Positions 15,050-23,419 of a DNA stretch of 34,155 bases are shown here, piece after piece. Origin of the DNA: Chloroflexota bacterium (lineage in GTDB: Bacteria; Chloroflexota; Limnocylindria; Limnocylindrales; CSP1-4); NCBI GenBank assembly GCA_013695255.1, contig JACDAV010000258.1, positions 1-34,155 on the forward strand, given 5' to 3'. A program made the translations under genes and the position numbers. Under the pieces are notes generated by a model. It ran no database searches. It was not told the origin of the DNA and saw nothing but the letters and a program-made list of their open reading frames with translations. Position 1 is the first letter of the stretch; every line of letters starts with the position of its first letter.

Positions 15050-16381
15050 GTGGCCCAACCGAGCGGCGACGTCATCCTCGGAGCTGGATCCCGCCTCGAC
15101 CGGGTGGGCTGGAGCGCGCTCTCGTACGGGCCGTTCCGGTTCTTCCTGGCCGCAATGCTTGCCTCGACGAGCGCCAACTTCGTGTACTACGCGGCGCTCG
15201 GCTGGTACGTCCTCGAGGTCACCGGGTCCGCGGCCGCGGTCGGCTTCGCGTTCACGGCGTCCGGGCTGCCGATCCTGCTCCTGACGGCGCATGCCGGCGT
15301 CCTGACCGATCGGCTCGGGGCACGGGTCATGTTGCTCGGATCGCTCGTCGGCATGGCCCTCGCGACCGCCGCCCAGGCCGTCCTCGCCATGGGTGGCGCC
15401 CCGCCCTACGCGCTCGTGGTGGCGCTGGCCCTGGGCCTCGGGATCGCCATGACCGTCGGGGCGCCGGCGTCGGTGGCCATCGTGACCGAGCTCGTCGCAC
15501 CGCCGGCCGTCTCGAGCGCGACCGCGCTCAACTTCCTGCACATGAACGTGTCGCGGATCATCGGCGGGTTGGTCGGCGGGCTCATGCTCGCCACGACGAC
15601 GCCGGCCGTCGCGTTCGGTGCGGCCGCCGCCCTGTTCGTGCTGGCGATCGTGATCATGGCGCGGATGCGGACGCCGGGCGCGCGGCCCACCGCCGAACGG
15701 CCGCGGGCGGCACTCGTGGGCCCACTCCTGGAGGCGTTCCGGTACGCCATCCGCCACCCGACCCTGGGCGTGCTCATCGTCCTGTCCATCGCCCCCGGCG
15801 CGATCGGGCTCAGCTACATCTTCATGCTTCCCGTCGCGGCCGAGGAACTGGGGATCGGGGCCGCCGGGCTCGGCATCCTGATGGCCGCCAGCGGCGTCGG
15901 CGGGTTGATCGCCGGGCTGTCGCTCGAATCCATCCAGCGCCGGGTGGGCCACGGTCGAGCGCTGTTCGGCGGGCTCGTCGGTGCGGCGATCGGGCTGACG
16001 TCGTTCGGCCTCGCGCCCAGCGTGCCGCTCGCCATCGGTGCGTTGCTCATCGTCGGGGCGAGCTTCCTGACCTTCGCGGCGGCCACCGTGACGCTGACCC
16101 AGGCCCTCGCGCCGGCCCGGCTGCGTGGCCGCCTGGTGAGCCTGTTCGCGACGCTGTACTGGGGAATGATGCCGGTCGGCGCACTCCTCGTCGGGCTCGT
16201 CGCAGAGGCGACGACCGGGCGGACCGCGATTGCCCTGTGCGGTGCCGGGCTGGCCATTGCCGGCGCGACCGCGTTCTTCGCCCGGCCGCAGATCGCGACC
16301 CTGAGCGTGGGTCGCGACGGGCTGACCCTGAGTGGCGACTTGCGCGGCTCGGGCGCGGAGCCGCCGTCGCTCAGCGCCTGA
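15050..16381 (+). CDS. MFS transporter (12-TM, EntS/MFS_3-like)
   Basis: 443 aa. Hydrophobic segments alternate throughout. The loop motif GVLTDRLGARV follows TM2. This is the only transporter in the window. Confidence 0.85.
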   Translation: MAQPSGDVILGAGSRLDRVGWSALSYGPFRFFLAAMLASTSANFVYYAALGWYVLEVTGSAAAVGFAFTASGLPILLLTAHAGVLTDRLGARVMLLGSLVGMALATAAQAVLAMGGAPPYALVVALALGLGIAMTVGAPASVAIVTELVAPPAVSSATALNFLHMNVSRIIGGLVGGLMLATTTPAVAFGAAAALFVLAIVIMARMRTPGARPTAERPRAALVGPLLEAFRYAIRHPTLGVLIVLSIAPGAIGLSYIFMLPVAAEELGIGAAGLGILMAASGVGGLIAGLSLESIQRRVGHGRALFGGLVGAAIGLTSFGLAPSVPLAIGALLIVGASFLTFAAATVTLTQALAPARLRGRLVSLFATLYWGMMPVGALLVGLVAEATTGRTAIALCGAGLAIAGATAFFARPQIATLSVGRDGLTLSGDLRGSGAEPPSLSA

Positions 16382-17603
16382 GCCCGGGGTACCCGAGGTC
16401 CGTGAGCGGCTTGCCGGGCACCGGGTTGAACTCTCCGCTGCCGGGAACGAACGGGCAGCGCTCCCGGAGCTCGATCGGCAGCCGGATGCCGAGCCCGGGC
16501 GTCTCGGGCGGCAGCACGCGGCCACCGCGCATGACGAACGAATCGCCGACGATCTCGGCCTGCAGCGGGCCGAAGGCGGGCGGGATCTCACAGATCGCGG
16601 TGTTCGACGCGGCGAAGGCGGCGTGAATGTTCTGCATCAGCGCCCCGCCGGCGCCCCACGAGTGGGTTGCGATCCGCCGACCCCGCGACTCGAACAGCGA
16701 CGCGATCCGCAGGAACTCGCCGAGGCCGCCGCAGAACGCCGCGTCCGGCTGGGCGATGTCGAAGGCGTCCGCCTCCGCGAAGACGCGCCACTCGGGAACG
16801 CCGGTCAGCGTCTCACCGCCCGCGATGGGCACGGACGTCGCACCGCGCAGCTCGCCGTAGCCCCACGGGTTGGTGTAGGGCAGCGGCTCCTCGAAGAGGA
16901 ACAGGTCGAACGGTTCGACCGCCCTGACCACGGCCAGCGCCGTCGGTACCTCCCAGCCCGGCACGGCCAGGTTGTCCTGGTGGCCGTCGAGGAGGACCGC
17001 GATGTCGGGACCGACATGCTGACGGACGAACGCGAGCTTCTCGGCCTCGAAGGCCGCCGCCGCGGCGGGTTCGGCGAAGGCGTGCTCCACGCCCTCGGGT
17101 GTGGAGGCGCCGGTGCCGATCTTGAACGCGCGGAACCCGAGTCCGAGGTAGAAGTCGATCTTGTCGGCGAGGCGCGGCGGCGGATAGACCGTGCCTCCGC
17201 CGGTGGCGTAGCCAAGGATGCTGTCGTGCCGTCGACCGCCGAGGAGCTCGTGCACGGGGACGCCCAGCTCGCGGCCGCGGAGGTCCCACAGGGCGGCCTC
17301 CAGCGCCGTGATGACGGCCAGCCCGAGACCGGCCCGGGCCCAGTAGCGCCCGGTGTGGAAGAGCCGGGCGGCCAGGGTCGGCACGTCGTCGACGGTCTGC
17401 TCGAGCAGGATCGGGCGGTAGAACTCGACGATCGGCGGGATCGCCTCGGGCACGAAGTAGCCGGCGTACGTCTCGCCGAGACCCGTGAGCTCGGTGTTGG
17501 TGAGGATCTCCACGAACGCGGCGCTCCGGCGCGTCCGTCCGAAGTGTGGATCGTTCGTGCTCGGCCCGGTCAGCAGGACGGTCCGGACGTCCGTGATTCG
17601 CAT
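16371..17603 (-). CDS. Enolase-superfamily enzyme, mandelate racemase-like, paralog 4 (same subfamily as 1712-2941)
   Basis: Start MRITDVRTVLL at 17603. Motifs are GLGETYAGYF, ALWDLRGR, FKIGTG, LLDGHQD, LFEEP, IAGGE, IAQPD and ATHSW. It is collinear with paralog 1 and of almost identical length (410 vs 409 aa). Confidence 0.88.
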   Translation of the reverse strand: MRITDVRTVLLTGPSTNDPHFGRTRRSAAFVEILTNTELTGLGETYAGYFVPEAIPPIVEFYRPILLEQTVDDVPTLAARLFHTGRYWARAGLGLAVITALEAALWDLRGRELGVPVHELLGGRRHDSILGYATGGGTVYPPPRLADKIDFYLGLGFRAFKIGTGASTPEGVEHAFAEPAAAAAFEAEKLAFVRQHVGPDIAVLLDGHQDNLAVPGWEVPTALAVVRAVEPFDLFLFEEPLPYTNPWGYGELRGATSVPIAGGETLTGVPEWRVFAEADAFDIAQPDAAFCGGLGEFLRIASLFESRGRRIATHSWGAGGALMQNIHAAFAASNTAICEIPPAFGPLQAEIVGDSFVMRGGRVLPPETPGLGIRLPIELRERCPFVPGSGEFNPVPGKPLTDLGYPGLRR

Positions 17604-17635
17604 GCGGCTCCGCTCCGTCCCAATCCGCCGCGGAC

Positions 17636-17680
17636 TACACTGCCACTTGCCAGGAGGCGACTTCGTACGCTGGGAGTGTA
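17636..17680. promoter_or_regulatory. Pair of facing TACACT -10-like boxes (plus strand 17636-17641; minus strand complement of 17675-17680) in the enolase/SDR divergent spacer
   Basis: Read directly. TACACT also occurs as a -10 candidate at 15036-15041 and 20548-20553, all in divergent spacers. Confidence 0.3.
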
Positions 17681-17703
17681 CAGAGGAGGAGACCGCCAGG
17701 AGG

Positions 17704-18462
17704 ATGGACCAGGCCACGACCGGCGACGGCCGGGTCGCCATCGTCACCGGCGCCGCGGGGACGATCGGCACCGCGATGTGCGAGCGCTTCGTGCGCGACG
17801 GGATTCGGGTCGTGGTCGCCGACGTGACCATCGAGCCCGCCCGGGCCCTGGCCCATCGCCTCGATCCGTCCGGCGGACGAGCCCTCGCGGTGGCCGTCGA
17901 CGTCACGGACTACGCGAGGGTGGAATCGATGGTCGACGGCGCCCTGGCATGGGCCGGCAGGATCGACATCCTGGTCAACAACGCCGGCATCTCGGAGGGC
18001 CACGTCCCGAGCTGGGAGATGCCGCTGGATGCCTGGCGGCGGACCATCGACGTCGATCTGACCGGCGTCTTCCACGGTTGCCGCGCGGTTCTGCCCTCGA
18101 TGCTCGAACGCGGCTGGGGCCGGATCGTCAACATCTCGTCGATCGCCGGCAAGGAGGGCAAGAACAATCCGGCGGCCTATGCCGCGGCAAAGGCGGGCGT
18201 CATCGGCCTGACGAAGTCCGTGGCCTTCGAGGTCGCGGCGCGGGGGATCCTGGTGAATGCGATCACGCCCGGCTCGATCTGGACGCCGGCCTGGGCGGCG
18301 CTCGGCGACGAGCGGCGAGAAGAGGTCCGGAGCCGGCACCCGATCGGGCGCTTCGGTCAGGCCGAGGAGGTCGCGGCGCTGGTGGCCTGGCTGTCGTCCG
18401 AGGAGTGCTCGTTTTCCACGGGCGCCGTCTTCGACATCTCGGGTGGGCGCGCCGGTCACTGA
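17704..18462 (+). CDS. Classical short-chain dehydrogenase/reductase (SDR, FabG-like)
   Basis: Motifs are TGAAGTIG (TGxxxGxG), NNAG, Ser...YAAAK (YxxxK) and PGSIWT. 252 aa counted from ATG 17704. Confidence 0.9.
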   Translation: MDQATTGDGRVAIVTGAAGTIGTAMCERFVRDGIRVVVADVTIEPARALAHRLDPSGGRALAVAVDVTDYARVESMVDGALAWAGRIDILVNNAGISEGHVPSWEMPLDAWRRTIDVDLTGVFHGCRAVLPSMLERGWGRIVNISSIAGKEGKNNPAAYAAAKAGVIGLTKSVAFEVAARGILVNAITPGSIWTPAWAALGDERREEVRSRHPIGRFGQAEEVAALVAWLSSEECSFSTGAVFDISGGRAGH

Positions 18463-18514
18463 GCCCGGTCAGGCGGTCGCGTGAAGCCGCAGCCCACGAA
18501 CCCGAAGCGGACGG

Positions 18515-19498
18515 TCACGTTGTGGGCTCCGGCTGTCGGTCGAAGAAGTCGATCCCTGCCGTCCGGCAGTCCTCGATGAACTCGTACAGCCCCTCGTCCG
18601 TGTTGTGGAGGCCGGGAATGCCCGCCGTGATCCGGTCGAAGCCAAGCTCGCGCCAGGCGGCCAGCTCCTCCGCCCGGCTGCCGACGGCCGCAACCTTCTC
18701 GGGATCCTGGTATGCGAGCTCATGGGGCTCGGCGAAACGCTGGCCGCCGGTCACCCGCAGGTTCTTGTAGCGCATGATCTGGTTCGTGCCGCAGTTGAGC
18801 TCGATCGTCGCCGGATCCCGGCCGATCTCCGCGCAGCGCTCGTGGAACACCTCGAGGAGCTCCGGGACCTGGTCCGGGAAGACATTGAGGTTCAGCTCGT
18901 CGCAGTAGCGGGCGGCGAGGCGCAGCGTGTAGTTCCTGCCGTGGCCGCCGATGAGCAGCTTCACGCCGGGTGCGCGGGCAGCGCGCGGGCTGTTGGCGAG
19001 ATCCTCCACCCGGGCGTACGTTCCCTCGAACGAGAACCGCGGCTCGTCCCGGCGCGTGGCGCGCCAGATGATCTCGAAGTGCTCGGACAGCCATTCCATC
19101 CGGTCGCGCAGTCCTGGATAGGGATGGCCGTAGGCGAGCGCCTCGTTCTCCTTGAACCCGGCGCCGAGGCCGAGCGTGAGGCGTCCACCGCTGATGGCGT
19201 CCAGGGTGGAAGCGGCCTTCGCGGTCAGCGCCGGGTTGTGGAACGTGGAGTTCACGACGATGAGCCCGAGCCCGACGCGCGGGACGAGCGGCGCCAGCCC
19301 GGAGGAGAGCGCCCAGCAGTCGAAGGCGATCGATTCGCCCGGCCACTTGGAGAGGACGTGCTCGCCGGTCCAGATCGATCCGAACCCGAGGCGTTCCGCC
19401 GTCCGCGCGAGCTCCACGATCCGTGCCCAGGCGCGCCCGGGCTCCCAACCCTCGAACTCATTGAAGTAGCCCTGCGGGAGGACCAGCCCGACCTGCAT
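18515..19498 (-). CDS. LLM-class (luciferase-like) F420-dependent oxidoreductase, Rv1855c-like, paralog 1
   Basis: Start MQVGLVLPQGYFNEF at 19498, 8 nt after the upstream paralog's stop. Motifs are GFGSIWTGEHV and AISGGRLTLGLGAG, in a TIM-barrel LLM pattern. Confidence 0.88.
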   Translation of the reverse strand: MQVGLVLPQGYFNEFEGWEPGRAWARIVELARTAERLGFGSIWTGEHVLSKWPGESIAFDCWALSSGLAPLVPRVGLGLIVVNSTFHNPALTAKAASTLDAISGGRLTLGLGAGFKENEALAYGHPYPGLRDRMEWLSEHFEIIWRATRRDEPRFSFEGTYARVEDLANSPRAARAPGVKLLIGGHGRNYTLRLAARYCDELNLNVFPDQVPELLEVFHERCAEIGRDPATIELNCGTNQIMRYKNLRVTGGQRFAEPHELAYQDPEKVAAVGSRAEELAAWRELGFDRITAGIPGLHNTDEGLYEFIEDCRTAGIDFFDRQPEPTT

Positions 19499-19506
19499 CG
19501 GAGGCG

Positions 19507-20490
19507 TCAGCCGATCGCCGCGGCCGGCGCGAGCTCGATGCCCGCCGTCCGCAGGTCGTCCAGCAGTTCGTAGAGGCCCTCGTCCGTGTTGGCCAGGCCG
19601 GGCGCCCCGCAGATGACCCGATCGATCCCCAGTTCGACCCACCGGGCCAGCTCCTCCGCGCGGGGCGGGAGCGCATCGAAGTCGTACGGCATGATCGCCG
19701 GCAGGTCCTCCTTGCGCATGAGCCGCTGACGGCCGATCGCCTTGAGGCCGGGGTATGGCCAGGCGGGGTTGGTCCCCGTGGCGATGCTGAGGGTGGAGGG
19801 GTCCCGGCCGATCTCGGCGCAACGATCGGCCAGAATGCTCATCGCCTCGGCCATGCTCTCGGAGGGCAGGTCGACGTTGATCTCGTCGCAGTACTTCGCT
19901 GCCAGGCGGAAGGTCACATTGCGACCATGGCCGCCGATCGCAATCCGGACGTGGTCGCCGCCACCCGTCCGTGGCGCGTTGACCACGTTCTCCACGCGCG
20001 CGCGCGATCCCTCGAACGTGAACGGGGGCTCGTCGCGGCGGGTCATCCGGCTGATGATCTCGAGATGCTCACCAAGGATGGCCAGTCGCTCCTTCATGTC
20101 CGGGAACGGCACGCCGAAGGCCCGCGCCTCGTTGTCCTTGAAGCCGCAGCCGAGACCAAGGATCAGCCGACCGCCGCTGATCGTGTCCAGGGTGGAGGCC
20201 ATCTTTGCGGTCATGGCGGGATTGCGGAACGTCGAGTTGATGACGCCGAACCCGATGTCGACCCGCGGCACGGCCGCCGCAACGGCGGTGTGGAGGGTGA
20301 CGCAGTCGAAGATCGGCGCTTCCGGGTCCCACTTCGCCAGCACGTGCTCGCCGGTCCACAGGGACTCGAAGCCGAGTCGCTCGCCCAGCCGCGCGACCGC
20401 GAGGATGCGTTCCCAGGCTGCGTTGGGCGCCCAGCCCTCGAATTCGTTGAAGTAGCCCTGGGGCAGGAGCAGGCCGATCTTGATCGCGAT
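19507..20490 (-). CDS. LLM-class F420-dependent oxidoreductase, paralog 2; the conserved N-terminus has no ATG/GTG/TTG, so the probable start is ATC (20490 or 20484)
   Basis: The ORF track starts at an internal GTG (20343). The same frame continues upstream as IAIKIGLLLPQGYFNEFEGWAPNAAWERILAVARLGERLGFESLWTGEHV, collinear with paralog 1. GGAGGG lies 8 nt before the first ATC. Confidence 0.7.
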   Translation of the reverse strand: MAIKIGLLLPQGYFNEFEGWAPNAAWERILAVARLGERLGFESLWTGEHVLAKWDPEAPIFDCVTLHTAVAAAVPRVDIGFGVINSTFRNPAMTAKMASTLDTISGGRLILGLGCGFKDNEARAFGVPFPDMKERLAILGEHLEIISRMTRRDEPPFTFEGSRARVENVVNAPRTGGGDHVRIAIGGHGRNVTFRLAAKYCDEINVDLPSESMAEAMSILADRCAEIGRDPSTLSIATGTNPAWPYPGLKAIGRQRLMRKEDLPAIMPYDFDALPPRAEELARWVELGIDRVICGAPGLANTDEGLYELLDDLRTAGIELAPAAAIG

Positions 20491-20510
20491 GGGGACAGCC
20501 CTCCACCCCG

Positions 20511-20539
20511 AGCGTATTGCATCCCCACTTCATCATCAA
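20511..20539 (-). promoter_or_regulatory. Candidate promoter for the tandem LLM genes: -35 TTGATG, 17-nt spacer, -10 TACGCT (minus strand)
   Basis: Read from the reverse complement. The predicted TSS falls just upstream of the GGAGGG at 20499-20504. Confidence 0.4.
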
Positions 20540-20582
20540 GTCTTCACTACACTCTGAATGTGGGCCACGACCCAGAGCCGGC

Positions 20583-22220
20583 GTGACGGAGCTCCTCATC
20601 CGCGGCGCGTCGGTCATCGATGGCTCTGGCGGGCCGGCCCGCCGGGCGGATGTGGCGATCGAGGGCGGGCGCATCGCCCGCGTTCTGCCCGACGGCCACC
20701 TGGGCGACGCCGCGCGGGTCGTGGACGCCGGCGGTCTGGCGCTTGCGCCGGGCTTCATCGACATGCATTCGCACGCCGATTTCACGTTGCCGTCGTACCC
20801 GGATGCCATCAACTCGCTCGCGCAGGGCGTGACGACGGAGGTCGTCGGCAACTGCGGCTACTCGCCGGCGCCGCTCGCCCGTGACCGGCACCTGGCCGAC
20901 GATCAGCGGGCCGCCGGCCGCGGCCTCGGTCCGGATCTCGACTGGGAATGGCGGAGCTTCGGGGAGTACCTGGATCGCCTCCAGGCAGCGGAGCCGGCGG
21001 TGAACTGCATCCCGCTGGTGGGCCACGGCATGCTCCGGATGGCCGTGGTCGGGGCCGAGGATCGGGCCGCCAGCCCGTCCGAGCTCGACCGGATGCGCGC
21101 GGCTACTGCCCAGGCCCTGGCGGATGGGGCCTGGGGCATGAGCACGGGTCTCGTGTACCCACCGGGCTCCTACGCGGATACGGACGAGATCGTGGCCGTC
21201 GGCACCGCCCTCCGGCACGTCGACGGGCTCTACGCCAGCCACATCCGCAACGAGACCGACGGGCTGGCGGAGGCGCTTCGCGAGGCGATCGAGATCGGGC
21301 GGCGGCTCGGGGTCCGGGTCGAGGTGTCGCATCTCAAGGCGGCCGGCCGCGTCAACCACGGCCGGGGCCGGGAAGCGCTGGCCATCCTGGACGAGGCCCG
21401 CGCCTCGGGCGTGCGCGTGCACCAGGACGCGTACCCGTACTTGGCCGGCAGCACGCTTCTGACCCAGCTCGTCCCGCCCTGGGTCCACGACGGTGGCACG
21501 GACGCCCTCGTCGAGCGCCTCCGATCGCCGGCGATGCGCGACCGGATCGCGGCCGACGTTCGTGACGGCCTTCCCGGCTGGCCCAACTACGTCGCCGCCA
21601 GCGGCGGCTGGGAGGAGATCCGCATCGCGGCCGTCGCCGACCCGGCATTGGCGTCGCTGGAGGGCGTGTCGATCGCGCGGGCCGCGTCGGCGCGCGGCGT
21701 GGACCCGCTCAGCCTGGCGCTGGACACGATGGCGGCGGACCGCGGAGCGACGACGATGATCGTCTCGCTCATGGCCGACGACGATGTCGACGCCATCATC
21801 GGCCACCCGTCCACCTCGATCGGATCCGACCAGCTGGGGGTCACCGCGCGCGGCGCCCGTGTCCACCCGCGCTCGTACGGCACCTTCGTGCGCGTCCTGG
21901 CGCGCTGCGTTCGGGAGCGAGGACTCCTGGACCTCCCCACGGCGATCCACCGCATGACGGGGATGCCGGCGGCGACCCTCGGCCTGACGGACCGCGGCCG
22001 CATCGAGGCCGGGGCCGTTGCCGACCTGGTGCTGTTCGATCCGGCGACCGTCGCGGACGCGGCGACGTACGACGATCCCACCGCGGCCGCGGTCGGCGTC
22101 GAGGGGGTCCTGCTGGCAGGCGTCTTCGCGGTCGAGGGCGGTCAGCCGGTCCGGCCAGCACTGGGGCGCGTCCTGCGCCCGGACGTCAGTGGACGCCGCC
22201 CGCCGCTTCGATCGGGATGA
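20583..22220 (+). CDS. N-acyl-D-amino-acid deacylase (D-aminoacylase; amidohydrolase superfamily)
   Basis: GTG 20583 gives VTELLIRGASVIDGSG. Motifs are GFIDMHSHAD (HxH), VGNCGYS (zinc Cys) and YASHIRNE. The 3' end overlaps the convergent gene by 35 bp. Confidence 0.85.
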   Translation: MTELLIRGASVIDGSGGPARRADVAIEGGRIARVLPDGHLGDAARVVDAGGLALAPGFIDMHSHADFTLPSYPDAINSLAQGVTTEVVGNCGYSPAPLARDRHLADDQRAAGRGLGPDLDWEWRSFGEYLDRLQAAEPAVNCIPLVGHGMLRMAVVGAEDRAASPSELDRMRAATAQALADGAWGMSTGLVYPPGSYADTDEIVAVGTALRHVDGLYASHIRNETDGLAEALREAIEIGRRLGVRVEVSHLKAAGRVNHGRGREALAILDEARASGVRVHQDAYPYLAGSTLLTQLVPPWVHDGGTDALVERLRSPAMRDRIAADVRDGLPGWPNYVAASGGWEEIRIAAVADPALASLEGVSIARAASARGVDPLSLALDTMAADRGATTMIVSLMADDDVDAIIGHPSTSIGSDQLGVTARGARVHPRSYGTFVRVLARCVRERGLLDLPTAIHRMTGMPAATLGLTDRGRIEAGAVADLVLFDPATVADAATYDDPTAAAVGVEGVLLAGVFAVEGGQPVRPALGRVLRPDVSGRRPPLRSG

Positions 22221-23349
22221 CCTCGCGCACCACGTCCCCCCGCAGGCCGTAGAAGCGCCGGGCCAGGTTCGAAACGGAGCAGACGTGGTTCGGGACGATC
22301 CGTACCCGATCGCCGATGGCGAGCGAGGATTCCTCCGGGATGCGAAGGATCCCGTGCTCCTCGGACAGCCGGACGAGCGATCCCAGGCCACCCACGACGG
22401 TTCCGTAGTCGGCCAGCATGTCGCTCGAATGGGCGCCCCTGTCCAGCCCGAGCGTCTTGGAGCCCGCGTCCAGGACCGCCCGATCGGGCGCCGGCCGGCT
22501 GATCACGGTCGTCGCGATCGACAGGGCGCACTGCTCGGCTGCGGCGGTGCCGAGCGCCACCTGGAGGGCGTCGTAGAACACGTAGGTGCCGGGCCGGATC
22601 TCCGTGATGCCGGACGCTCCGTCGAGGAACCGGGCGGTCGGGGTGGAGCCGGCACTGACGGTATCGACGGGAATGCCGATCGCCCGGGTCGCCATGGCCG
22701 CCTCCACGACGGCATTGGCCTCGATCACCGCGATGGCCGCGACGGCCTCGGCGCTGCCTGCGGCGTACGACTGGCCGGCGTGCGTGAACATCCCGGTCAG
22801 GCGGAGGGACGGGTGAGCGGCAACCGTTCGAGCGAGCGCCGCGGCATCGGCCGGCAGCACGCCGCAGCGCTGGAGGCCGCTGTCAATCTCGATCCACACA
22901 TCGATCACCTGGGCCGTCGACGCCGCGGCGGCGGCCAGGCGGGCGGCCCCTTCGGCGCTGTCGACGGCGACGGTCAGCGGCACGCGGCTCGCGAGACGGA
23001 TGGCGCGCTGCAGCTTGGGAGCGGCGACGAGCTCGCTGGCGAGCACGATCGGCGCCTCGACTCCGCCGTCCACCAGTGCCTCCGCCTCGTCGAGCTTGGC
23101 GACCGTGATCCCGACGGCGCCCGCGGCCAGCTGGCGACGCGCGATGGCGATCGACTTGTGGGTCTTGAAATGGGGCCGCAGGGCAACGCCGTGCCGCCGC
23201 GCATGGTCCGCCATCCAGCCGATGTTGCCGTCGAGGCGGTCGAGGTCCACGAGCAGCGCCGGGGTGTCGAGCGCCCTCCAATCGAGCCCGGCGCCGTCTC
23301 GCTGCGCGGCGGTCAGCGAGCGCATCCGCTGCAGTGTGGCTTCTCGCAT
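22186..23349 (-). CDS. D-TA family PLP enzyme (D-threonine aldolase / D-serine dehydratase-like, alanine racemase N-terminal fold)
   Basis: Motifs are LDTPALLVDLDRLDGNI and the PLP-lysine motif RPHFKTHKS. The C-terminal beta domain reads RVRIVPNHVC. Start is ATG 23349 (or 23376). Confidence 0.85.
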   Translation of the reverse strand: MREATLQRMRSLTAAQRDGAGLDWRALDTPALLVDLDRLDGNIGWMADHARRHGVALRPHFKTHKSIAIARRQLAAGAVGITVAKLDEAEALVDGGVEAPIVLASELVAAPKLQRAIRLASRVPLTVAVDSAEGAARLAAAAASTAQVIDVWIEIDSGLQRCGVLPADAAALARTVAAHPSLRLTGMFTHAGQSYAAGSAEAVAAIAVIEANAVVEAAMATRAIGIPVDTVSAGSTPTARFLDGASGITEIRPGTYVFYDALQVALGTAAAEQCALSIATTVISRPAPDRAVLDAGSKTLGLDRGAHSSDMLADYGTVVGGLGSLVRLSEEHGILRIPEESSLAIGDRVRIVPNHVCSVSNLARRFYGLRGDVVREVIPIEAAGGVH

Positions 23350-23419
23350 GGCTGGATTGTAAAGCCAGGCTGTCAAGAACCCGGCTGGCCCCGCCGCTAC
23401 CTCGCGGTGTCGGGGGCGG

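Noticed and set aside
18491-18528. Inverted repeat AGCCCAC...(24 nt)...GTGGGCT at the SDR/LLM convergent junction, considered as a bidirectional terminator
   Set aside because: The loop is long and there is no flanking T or A run. Its right arm lies inside the LLM coding sequence. This is too weak to call.
20211-20528. ATG-initiated 105-aa ORF upstream of and overlapping LLM paralog 2, considered as evidence of a frameshifted gene
   Set aside because: Its frame is offset from the LLM frame. The LLM homology to paralog 1 runs uninterrupted in a single frame from IKIGLLLPQG to the stop, so no frameshift is needed. The issue is only the missing canonical start codon.
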